Source: Propionibacterium ruminifibrarum
GTDB taxonomy: Bacteria; Actinomycetota; Actinomycetes; Propionibacteriales; Propionibacteriaceae
NCBI RefSeq assembly: GCF_900289195.1
Contig: NZ_OMOH01000004.1
Span: forward strand, 120,001 to 152,000
DNA length: 32,000 bases
Direction: 5' to 3'
In this document: piece after piece, positions 20,946-30,093 of the stretch
Layout: each line of letters starts with the position of its first letter
Numbering within the stretch: position 1 is the stretch's first letter
Notes under the pieces: model-generated
What the model saw: the letters and a program-made list of their open reading frames with translations, nothing else
What the model was told of the DNA's origin: nothing
The model's database searches: none
Position numbers and translations under genes: made by a program

Positions 20946-21305
20946 CAGCACCGCCGCAACCCAGACGGGTCAACAGCGCCACCGCGCCCGCCCTCTGCGA
21001 GCACGGCGTACAGGAGCGCGATCCGCACGGGCGGGGACGATGGTCACGGCATCGGATCACGCGGCACGCAGCCGCCCGGCTCCCAGATCGGAGCGCCGGG
21101 CGAGTCGGGTGACCGCCCGGCCCCGGCGACCACGGACGCACCACACCCGGGGAGCCCCCGCACCCGGGGCAATCGGCACAGGCCACCCGGGGTGAGGCTC
21201 TGCGCCCTGGGCGAAATCACCGCGTGGCGGCACAGGGGTCTCACCCCCGGAAAAGCCGCTCACCTTGGTATCGCCGAGCGTACTAAGTACGGTAATTCTG
21301 GGTAC

Positions 21306-21333
21306 TTGATCCACTATCACACCGTGATATAAA
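21306..21333 (+). promoter_or_regulatory. Candidate sigma70-type promoter with a palindromic operator in the spacer
   Basis: The elements are TTGATC (-35, 21306-21311), a 16-nt spacer, and TATAAA (-10, 21328-21333), about 34 nt upstream of the ATG at 21367. The palindrome TATCAC-acc-GTGATA (21315-21329) overlaps the spacer and the -10 element. Confidence 0.45.
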
Positions 21334-21366
21334 TTACGTACACCCCGTTCCGAGTGAAAACATATT

Positions 21367-22863
21367 ATGCGTACTCCAACAATGAATACGATCATCCGGA
21401 CCATAACACAGAAAACGAAGGAATCCCCCTCCGCGAAGTCGGTTTTCGACGCCGAACGCACTCTTTCCAGGGAAGATCTCGCAGCACTCGCCGATACCAT
21501 TGCGGCACGCCTGCCGACCGACTGCGATCGTGTCGGGATCGTCATGGATCATTCCGTTGAAATGATCGCCGCCATACTCGCCGTACTGAAGAAGGGTGCG
21601 GCATATGTGCCGGCAGAACCATTCCTCCCGACCGAACGCATCCGGTTCATGATGCGCGACTCCGGGGCCCAGGTCGTCATCACGAACTCGCATCACGAGG
21701 AACTGCTCAACGGCTTTGATCTCCTGATCGTCGACCGCGGCCTACCGGTGGCCACCGATGCCGGCTACGCGACGACGACAGGCAACCAGGACCAACTGGC
21801 CTACATTCTGTACACATCGGGGACGACCGGCAGACCAAAAGGAATCGCCGTCACTGATGCGAATGTCAGCCACTACGTGCGGGCCTTCCAGAACGAGTTC
21901 CACCCGACCGATTCCGACATCATGCTGCAGCACTCGGTGTGCTCCTTCGACATATTCGTCGAGGAAGTGTTCGGCGCGCTGCTGTCCGGAGCCGCACTCG
22001 CGATCCCGAGCGTCGCGGAGCGCAACGACATCGGCTCGCTGATGGGTTTCATCGAGAAGAACCACGTGACCATGCTCACCGGCTTCCCGTATCTGCTGCA
22101 GGAAATGAATGAGCTCCCGGCGATCCCGCCGAGTCTGCGGCTGCTGATCAGCGGCGGCGACGTGATCCGGGAGGCCTATGTGACGAATCTCGTGGACAGG
22201 ATCCCGGTGTACAACACCTACGGCCCCACCGAGACGACCGTGTGCGCCTCCTACTACAACTGCTCGACCGGGAAGGCCCTGCCGGACGGCACCTACCCCG
22301 TCGGCAAACCCATCCTGGGCGTCGACGTCGTGGTCATGGACGAGGCCGGAAACATCGTGCCCGACGGCCGCCCCGGAGAACTGTGCATCCTGGGCGGTGG
22401 CGTCTCGAACGGCTACGTCGGCGACCGCGAGAAGGAGAACGAGGCCTTCGTCACCCTGGCGGACGGCCGGCGGATGTACCGCAGCGGGGACCTCGGCTAC
22501 GTGCTCCCGGACGGCAACATCGCCTTCCTGCACCGCAAGGACACCCAGATCATGATCCTCGGCAAGCGGGTCGAGGTCAGCGAGGTGGAGAACGTCCTCA
22601 TGCAGTCCGGACTCGTGCGGCAGGCCCACGTCAGCCCGAGAACGGACGACCGGGAACTGTCGTACATGGTCGCCTACGTCGTGCCGGAGCGGGAGGAGAC
22701 GACGACGGACGAGATCAGGACCTATCTGAGCGACTACCTGACCGACTTCATGATTCCCGAGTTCATCGTCAACCTGGACTCGCTCCCGCTGACCCCCAAC
22801 GGCAAGGTGGATGTGGACGCTCTTCCCGCCACACCGCGCAGGACGGCCCCGTGCCCGAGCTGA
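21367..22863 (+). CDS. Stand-alone NRPS-type amino acid adenylation enzyme (A domain only, no carrier domain)
   Basis: All A-domain cores are present: LKKGAAYVP (A2), LAYILYTSGTTGRPKG (A3), FDIFVEE (A4), YNTYGPTETT (A5), GELCILGGGVSNGY (A6), YRSGDLG (A7), GKRVEVSEVE (A8), FMIPEF (A9) and LPLTPNGKVD (A10). The protein ends about 20 aa after A10. An alternative start is ATG 21382. Confidence 0.9.
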   Translation: MRTPTMNTIIRTITQKTKESPSAKSVFDAERTLSREDLAALADTIAARLPTDCDRVGIVMDHSVEMIAAILAVLKKGAAYVPAEPFLPTERIRFMMRDSGAQVVITNSHHEELLNGFDLLIVDRGLPVATDAGYATTTGNQDQLAYILYTSGTTGRPKGIAVTDANVSHYVRAFQNEFHPTDSDIMLQHSVCSFDIFVEEVFGALLSGAALAIPSVAERNDIGSLMGFIEKNHVTMLTGFPYLLQEMNELPAIPPSLRLLISGGDVIREAYVTNLVDRIPVYNTYGPTETTVCASYYNCSTGKALPDGTYPVGKPILGVDVVVMDEAGNIVPDGRPGELCILGGGVSNGYVGDREKENEAFVTLADGRRMYRSGDLGYVLPDGNIAFLHRKDTQIMILGKRVEVSEVENVLMQSGLVRQAHVSPRTDDRELSYMVAYVVPEREETTTDEIRTYLSDYLTDFMIPEFIVNLDSLPLTPNGKVDVDALPATPRRTAPCPS

Positions 22864-22874
22864 CGATCACGCAG

Positions 22875-23342
22875 ATGACCCCCTCGGACATCACCCTGCT
22901 CGTCGCGCTGAGGATGGAGGTGCTCTCCCACGTGTTCGAGCAGGAGAAGAGGGGCATGTCTGAGCGGGAATGGGAGGACCTGGCCGAGCAGAACCGGGAA
23001 TATTATCTCCGGGAACTCCCCGCCGGGAGGCACCTCGCCTGCGTCGCGTATCTGGGCAATGATGTCGTCGGTTGCGGCGGCGTCTGCTTCCAAAGAGAAC
23101 TGCCCTCCCCCGACAACAGGAGCGGGCTGTGCGCCTATCTCATGAACATCTACACCAGAGCGGAGTTCCGGGGCAGTGGGTTCGCCCGCCGGATCTGTGA
23201 GTGGCTGATCGAGAAGGCACGAGCCGCGGGTGCCGGGAAAATCTACTTGGAGAGTTCAGCCGACGGCCGGGCGCTTTACCACTCGCTCGGCTTCCACGAC
23301 ATGGCGGACTACATGGCGCTGCCGACCGCGACCCCGGCCTGA
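22875..23342 (+). CDS. GNAT-family N-acyltransferase
   Basis: The acyl-CoA binding motif A is present (RAEFRGSGFARRICEWLIEKA), as is the C-terminal ALYHSLGF. The ATG at 22875 is 11 nt after the A-domain stop. An in-frame GTG at 22851 would instead overlap that gene by 13 nt. Confidence 0.85.
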   Translation: MTPSDITLLVALRMEVLSHVFEQEKRGMSEREWEDLAEQNREYYLRELPAGRHLACVAYLGNDVVGCGGVCFQRELPSPDNRSGLCAYLMNIYTRAEFRGSGFARRICEWLIEKARAAGAGKIYLESSADGRALYHSLGFHDMADYMALPTATPA

Positions 23343-23582
23343 CCCGGCACCCATGCCGGTTCCCAGCCACGGGCCTCGGCCGCCCAGCAGCCGCTCGGCC
23401 CGCGGCGAATGCCCCGCCCCGTTCCGATTGCCGGTACCGGCCGTGCCGATTCTGCCGGGCGCCTTCCCGGCGTTCGACGCCCGAGCCGGGGTTCCGGCCC
23501 CGGCGCGTCGCGTATGATGCGGGAAGCGGCAGCGCCCTGACGATCCCTCCCCGCCGCGCGGTGCGGGGAACCGAGGAGCACA

Positions 23583-23987
23583 ATGGCTGACAGCACCGGT
23601 GACTACATGTCGTACGAGGAATATCTCACCCGGGTCAAGGAGGGTGTGCTGACCGAGAGCGGGAACTGCCCGGTGACGCCCTTCCTGCTCATGGTGCAGG
23701 GCAAGTGGAAGGCTCAGCTGCTGTACGAGATGTGCATCTACGACAGTGTCCGCTTCGGCCAGCTCAAGAGGGACCTGCCGGGCATCACGAACACCATGCT
23801 CACCAGGAGTCTGCGCGAACTGGAAGAGGACGGACTCATCAAACGCGAACAGTTCAATGAGATCCCTCCGCACGTCGAGTACTCCTTCACCGACATGGGG
23901 AAGGACCTTCTCCCGGTTTTCTACGCCATCACGAACTGGGGCTTCCGGCACGAGCAGGAACTCTACAAGGACGCGCCCGATGAGTGA
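23583..23987 (+). CDS. HxlR-family winged-helix transcriptional regulator
   Basis: CPVTPFLLMVQGKWKAQLLYEM, RFGQLKRDLPGITNTMLTRSLRELEEDGLIKRE and VEYSFTDMGKDLLPV form the canonical HxlR pattern. The SD gaggag precedes the ATG. Confidence 0.88.
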   Translation: MADSTGDYMSYEEYLTRVKEGVLTESGNCPVTPFLLMVQGKWKAQLLYEMCIYDSVRFGQLKRDLPGITNTMLTRSLRELEEDGLIKREQFNEIPPHVEYSFTDMGKDLLPVFYAITNWGFRHEQELYKDAPDE

Positions 23988-24681
23988 ACACGACAACCAG
24001 CCGGGGCGACGTGCCATGCGCGTCGGCGGAAAGGACGTGACGGTCTTCCCGGCCACCGGGCAGGACGCGCCCCTCGTCCTGCTCCACACGGTCAGGGGCG
24101 AGGGCCCTCTCGTGCACGATGCCGTGCGCGAGCTGACCGATTCCCCCTTCTCCCTGGCCGCCATCGGGGATCTGAACTGGGACGACGACATGACGCCATG
24201 GCCGATCCCGCCGATCTCGGCCGATGATTCCCCGTGCGCCGGGCTCGCGGATCACCACCTCGCCACGCTCACCCAGGAGATCCTCCCCGAGGTCGGGGCA
24301 GGATTGCCCTCCGAGCCGTCCTTCATCGCCCTGTCGGGGTATTCGCTCGCCGGGCTCTTCGCCGTCTACGCCCTGTACCGGACAGACGTCTTCGACCGGG
24401 TCGCGAGTGCCTCCGGCTCGTTCTGGTACCCGGGATTCATCGACTTCGCGACGACGCACGAACCCGTGAAAAAGCCCGACTGCGTGTACTTCTCGCTCGG
24501 CGACACCGAGGAGAACAGCCCGTACCCGATCCTGCAGCCCGTCCGAACCAATACGGAACGGCTTGCCGAGTGGTACCGCGGGCAGGGCGTCAGGACGACA
24601 TTCGAGCTGAACCCGGGGGATCATTTCAGGCAGGGCGTCGAGCGCCTGGCGAAAGCCATCGCCTGGGTGCTGGACCACTGA
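23980..24681 (+). CDS. Alpha/beta-hydrolase of the 'putative esterase' type (Fes/IroE/esterase-D-like fold)
   Basis: The nucleophile elbow is LSGYSLAGLF (GxSxG). A downstream acidic residue lies in SLGDTEE and a His in NPGDHF. The ATG at 23980 overlaps the HxlR stop by 8 nt (ATGAGTGA). Confidence 0.8.
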   Translation: MSEHDNQPGRRAMRVGGKDVTVFPATGQDAPLVLLHTVRGEGPLVHDAVRELTDSPFSLAAIGDLNWDDDMTPWPIPPISADDSPCAGLADHHLATLTQEILPEVGAGLPSEPSFIALSGYSLAGLFAVYALYRTDVFDRVASASGSFWYPGFIDFATTHEPVKKPDCVYFSLGDTEENSPYPILQPVRTNTERLAEWYRGQGVRTTFELNPGDHFRQGVERLAKAIAWVLDH

Positions 24682-24835
24682 CGCCGCTCAGCGGGTGCGT
24701 GCGCCGAATCGGCCCCGGAACGCGCCCGGTCCGCCGCCTGCACCAGCCCGGTCCGTGCGGGCCGGGCGCGCCGCGGGAACAACAGGACCGGCTGCTTTCT
24801 GCGGCCCGGATCGGCCGGTGCGGCCGGGCGTGCCC

Positions 24836-25261
24836 TCACATCTCGATGGCGCGTGGCCTGGGGGGTCTGCGGTACCGGCTGTAGTCGACCTCGCCGCCCG
24901 GGCCGGCCAGGAAGACCCGCTGGGCCTCCTCCTGCACCTCGGTCATCCGCGCCATGAGTTCGGCCATCTGGTCGAGTTTGCGCTGCATCTGGTCGAGCTC
25001 GTCCTGCATGTCGATGATGCGCCGGATGCCGTTGAGGTTGATGCCCTCCTCCTGCGACAGCTGCTGGATCAGCCGCAGCCGGGAGATGTCCCGCGGCGAG
25101 TAGCGCCTGCCCCGCCCCTTCGCGCGTCTGGGCACGACGAGACCCATGCGGTCGTAGCCGCGCAGGGTCTGCGGGTGCATGCCGGCCAGTGAGGCCGCCA
25201 CCGAGACGGTGAAGATCGGGGCGTCCGGGTCGATGACCTGGGGCAGTCTGTCCTCGAACAT
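24836..25261 (-). CDS. hspR: Heat-shock repressor HspR (MerR family)
   Basis: The MerR-type HTH reads FTVSVAASLAGMHPQTLRGYDRMGLVVPRR. It is the last gene of the dnaK-grpE-dnaJ-hspR operon. The SD gaggtga overlaps the dnaJ stop. Confidence 0.92.
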   Translation of the reverse strand: MFEDRLPQVIDPDAPIFTVSVAASLAGMHPQTLRGYDRMGLVVPRRAKGRGRRYSPRDISRLRLIQQLSQEEGINLNGIRRIIDMQDELDQMQRKLDQMAELMARMTEVQEEAQRVFLAGPGGEVDYSRYRRPPRPRAIEM

Positions 25262-25265
25262 TGCG

Positions 25266-26420
25266 TCACCTCATCGCTGCCTTCGCGGCCAGGCCGGCCC
25301 TCGGGTCCGGCTCGTTGACCGCCCGTGCGTAGTCCTCCAGTGCGGCGCGGGCCGCGTCCGACAGGTGCGGCGGCACCTGCACCTCGACGCTCACGAGCAG
25401 GTCGCCGTAACCTCCCCGGGCCTTGCTGATGCCCTTGCCGCGGACGCGGAAGGTGCGCCCGTTCGGGGTGCCGGCGGGGACACGCAGCCGCACCTGGCCG
25501 CCCTCCAGGGTGGGCACCTCGATCTCGGCGCCGAGCGCCGCCTCGGCGTAGGTGACCGGGACGGTGACGGTGAGATTGTCCCCGCTGCGGCCGAACAGCG
25601 GGTGCTCGGCGACATGCACCAGGACGTACAGGTCGCCGGGCGCTCCTCCGTTCTCGCCCTTGCTGCCCTTGCCCTTGACGCGGATGCGCTGGCCGTCGGT
25701 GACGCCAGCGGGAATGCGCACCTGCATGGTGCGCTGGCTCTTGGCCCGCCCCGAACCGTGACAGTTCGTGCACGGGTCGTCGACGATCATGCCGCGCCCG
25801 CTGCACGTCGGGCAGGGCTCGGTGAGCCCGAAGACGCCCTGGGCGCTGCCGGTCTGCACGCCCGAGCCCTGGCAGTTGGGGCAGACGCGCGGGACGGTGC
25901 CCGTCTTGGCGCCGGTTCCCCGGCAGGTCGGGCAGGCCTCGTCGGAAACCATCTGCATGCCGACCGTGGTGCCCTTGACGGACTCCCCGAAGGAGATCGA
26001 TACCTCGCCCTCGACATCGGCGCCGCGACGGGCGTGGCGGACGTTCGTGCGGCGGGTTGCCCCCGTGTTGAACAGGCCGCCGAACAGGTCGCCGAGTCCG
26101 CTGTCGCCCATGGTGCCGGTCATGTTCCTGAAGACGTCGTTGACGTTGCCGCCGCCGGCCCCGCCCGGGCGGGAGAAGTGGAAGCCGCCGCCGGCGCGCA
26201 GTTCGTCGTACTCCTTGCGCTTGGCCGGATCGGACAGCACGTCATGGGCCTCGGAGGCCTCCTTGAAGCGTTCCTCGGCCTTCTTGTCACCCGGATGCTG
26301 ATCGGGATGGTTCTCGCGGGCGATCCTGCGGAACGCCTTCTTGATCTGCTCGGGCTTGGCGTTCTTGGAGACGCCCAGGACCTTGTAGTAATCCTTCTCG
26401 AGCCAGTCCTTCGTGCTCAT
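25266..26420 (-). CDS. dnaJ: Co-chaperone DnaJ (Hsp40)
   Basis: The J domain (DYYKVLGV...HPD), a G-rich region and four CxxCxGxG zinc-finger repeats (CPTCRGTG, CPNCQGSG, CPTCSGRG, CTNCHGSG) are present. Confidence 0.97.
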   Translation of the reverse strand: MSTKDWLEKDYYKVLGVSKNAKPEQIKKAFRRIARENHPDQHPGDKKAEERFKEASEAHDVLSDPAKRKEYDELRAGGGFHFSRPGGAGGGNVNDVFRNMTGTMGDSGLGDLFGGLFNTGATRRTNVRHARRGADVEGEVSISFGESVKGTTVGMQMVSDEACPTCRGTGAKTGTVPRVCPNCQGSGVQTGSAQGVFGLTEPCPTCSGRGMIVDDPCTNCHGSGRAKSQRTMQVRIPAGVTDGQRIRVKGKGSKGENGGAPGDLYVLVHVAEHPLFGRSGDNLTVTVPVTYAEAALGAEIEVPTLEGGQVRLRVPAGTPNGRTFRVRGKGISKARGGYGDLLVSVEVQVPPHLSDAARAALEDYARAVNEPDPRAGLAAKAAMR

Positions 26421-26492
26421 CGTGGCGCCTCCTCACCGTGCCGTGCCATTGCGAACGTCATCCCGGTTCTCCCCGACGGATCGTCTGCGTCC

Positions 26493-27158
26493 CTAGGCGC
26501 CCTCCGGTTCGTCACCGTCCTGCGACTGTTCGCCCTCAGCGGCCGTGTCGTCCTCCCCGCCCGCGGGAACGGCGACGACGACGCGCGCCGGACGCACGAT
26601 GGTGCCGGCCAGCTCGAAGCCGCGTTGCATGACCTCGTGGATGGACATCTCATCACTGCCCGGCACGGGCACCTGCATGAGGGCCTCGTGACGGCGCGGG
26701 TCGAACTCCTCACCGGGCTCGCCGAAGGCGACCAGCCCGTGCCGGGACGTGACCTTGGCGAGTTCGTCGGCGACGAGCCGGAAACCGCCGGTCAGCTCGC
26801 CGTGGGCCTCGGCCTGGACGATGGCGTCGAGCACCGGCATGAGGTCCCGGACGATCGACTCGACGCCCTGGGTGCGGGCGACGTCGCGGTCGCGTTCGAC
26901 GCGCTTGCGGTAGTTGACGTACTCGGCCTGCAGGCGTTTGAGGTCCTCGGTGCGCTCGGCGAGTTCGGTGCGGGCGGCCGTGAGCGGATCGGCGGACTCC
27001 TCCTCCCCCTCGGCCGCTGGCTCCGCTGCGGCCGGCTCGGCGGCCGTGTTGTCCGCGGTCCTCGCGAGGAACTCCTCAGGGGTGAGACCGGCGAACTCCT
27101 CGCCGATGCCCTCGGCGGGCTCGTTCTGCTCGGCGCCCGGGTCCGGGGTCTGGGTCAT
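26493..27158 (-). CDS. grpE: Nucleotide exchange factor GrpE
   Basis: LKRLQAEYVNYRKRVERD and the C-terminal FDPRRHEAL...V.QRGF signature are present. The start is placed at the second ATG (MTQTP), 7 nt after gaggag. The ORF is open to 27173. Confidence 0.95.
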   Translation of the reverse strand: MTQTPDPGAEQNEPAEGIGEEFAGLTPEEFLARTADNTAAEPAAAEPAAEGEEESADPLTAARTELAERTEDLKRLQAEYVNYRKRVERDRDVARTQGVESIVRDLMPVLDAIVQAEAHGELTGGFRLVADELAKVTSRHGLVAFGEPGEEFDPRRHEALMQVPVPGSDEMSIHEVMQRGFELAGTIVRPARVVVAVPAGGEDDTAAEGEQSQDGDEPEGA

Positions 27159-27206
27159 GTGCTCGCTCCTCATGCGCTGGCACCGGGTGATCGTCCGGTG
27201 CGCTGC

Positions 27207-27232
27207 GGCCGTGCGGGGCGACCCGCACGGCC
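27207..27232 (-). other. Intra-operon hairpin (dnaK-grpE spacer), proximal to grpE
   Basis: GGCCGTGCGGG-gcga-CCCGCACGGCC forms an 11-bp perfect stem with a 4-nt loop. Confidence 0.55.
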
Positions 27233-27287
27233 AGTGGGTACTAGTTCAGTTCTGTTCGGCACTGCTGGGCGGGCGGGGGATGACGGC

Positions 27288-27321
27288 CGGGAGGCCGTCC
27301 GGGTGACTGGACGGCCTCCCG
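27288..27321 (-). terminator. Intra-operon hairpin / possible partial terminator after dnaK
   Basis: CGGGAGGCCGTCC-gggtgact-GGACGGCCTCCCG forms a 13-bp perfect stem. It lies 64 nt downstream of the dnaK stop. There is no U-tract. Confidence 0.5.
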
Positions 27322-27384
27322 CCGTGATCCCGCTGGAGCCGCGCTCTCAGCAGGTCTGGAACGCCGCTCGGCGACGCTCGACGG

Positions 27385-29232
<1,848 letters not shown>

Positions 29233-29415
29233 TGTTGTTCCTCCACTAGTGGGACGGCCTTCACCGCCCTGCTTCCATGCCTCCCGGACCGCACCTGGTG
29301 CGACCCGGGCGAGTGTTGAATTGTTCGGGCCGGCTACGCCGGGCTACTGTTCGTATCCGGCCCGCAAGCCTTGTTCGCTCCTGCGGTGCGTCCAACGCCC
29401 GCCGAGCGGCACACC

Positions 29416-29436
29416 GTTGAGTGTAGCGCACTCAAC
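29416..29436. promoter_or_regulatory. HAIR operator 1 upstream of dnaK
   Basis: GTTGAGT-gtagcgc-ACTCAAC is a perfect HAIR-type repeat, about 185 nt upstream of the dnaK ATG. Confidence 0.8.
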
Positions 29437-29443
29437 CCGTCAC

Positions 29444-29464
29444 GTTGAGTCCACATGGCTCAAC
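29444..29464. promoter_or_regulatory. HAIR operator 2 upstream of dnaK
   Basis: GTTGAGT-ccacatg-GCTCAAC has one mismatch. It starts 7 nt after the end of operator 1. Confidence 0.75.
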
Positions 29465-29667
29465 CGTTTCATGACGGTGATTATTCCGGATCGGCGGCGC
29501 AACCGTGCAGTCGCCCCGGGCGCGTCGCGCGGATCGCAACATCGCCCGGGGGCAGTGGCCGTGGCCAGGCAGTCGCTCCTGGCGCGCCGCGCGGATCGTG
29601 CGGCCGCCGCAGGCGCCGCGTCCATCCCGGACTCCCCCGGTGCCGTCGGCTGCCGCGGTGTGACGGG

Positions 29668-30024
29668 TCACCAGATCCAGTCGGGCCCGTCGGAGTGCGT
29701 GCCGGGACGATGCAGGACGGCGTGATCGGGTCGGACGCGGATGTCCTCCCCGTCGACACGGCCCCACCCGTCGAGGACGAGGCTGTGGCCGTGGCGCGCC
29801 GGCGACGGCCACACGAGGGTGACGAGGGGGTTCCCGGCGACGCGGCGCAGACCGGCCGGGTGGGGCGCGACGATGACGACCTCGACGCCGCCGGCCGTGC
29901 CCTCGGCGCGGGCGTCGACGGTGAGCACCCGCGACCAGCCGTCGGGCCGGGGCGTCACCATGACGGCCGAGCCGAACCGGTCGAGGACGGCCAACAGGGC
30001 CTCGTCGGGAACGGGAATGGTCAT
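29668..30024 (-). CDS. Small split-barrel (pyridoxamine-5'-phosphate-oxidase-like) protein; function tentative
   Basis: The 118-aa ORF has the SD gaaggag and G/C-rich third positions. The pattern AVMVTPRPDGWSRV...GNPLVTLVW...LVLDGWGRV resembles PPOX/F420-binding split-barrel proteins. This is a weak recognition. Confidence 0.5.
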   Translation of the reverse strand: MTIPVPDEALLAVLDRFGSAVMVTPRPDGWSRVLTVDARAEGTAGGVEVVIVAPHPAGLRRVAGNPLVTLVWPSPARHGHSLVLDGWGRVDGEDIRVRPDHAVLHRPGTHSDGPDWIW

Positions 30025-30093
30025 CGTCGGCTCCTTCGTCCGGATATCAGCACCATCATCGCGCCGAAGGGGCGCCCACGGTTCGCGACAGTG

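Noticed and set aside
20443-21545. Several 160-250-aa ORFs on both strands in the mtlA/A-domain intergenic tract (20518-21195, 20555-21112 and 20586-21332 on +; 20443-21186 and 21057-21545 on -)
   Set aside because: They overlap one another in different frames and are Arg/Pro-rich with no SD and no motifs. Some run into the mtlA or A-domain coding regions. They are open only because stop codons are rare at this GC content. The 20-codon repeat periodicity is noted in the findings, but no gene is called.
22242-22850. 5' extension of the GNAT ORF (the 366-aa ORF 22242-23342)
   Set aside because: This part overlaps the A-domain gene out of frame and is Arg/Pro/Gly-rich. GNAT homology begins only near 22875.
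23746-23979. 5' extension of the esterase ORF (the 311-aa ORF 23746-24681)
   Set aside because: It overlaps the HxlR gene out of frame. Esterase-like sequence starts at the Met at 23980.
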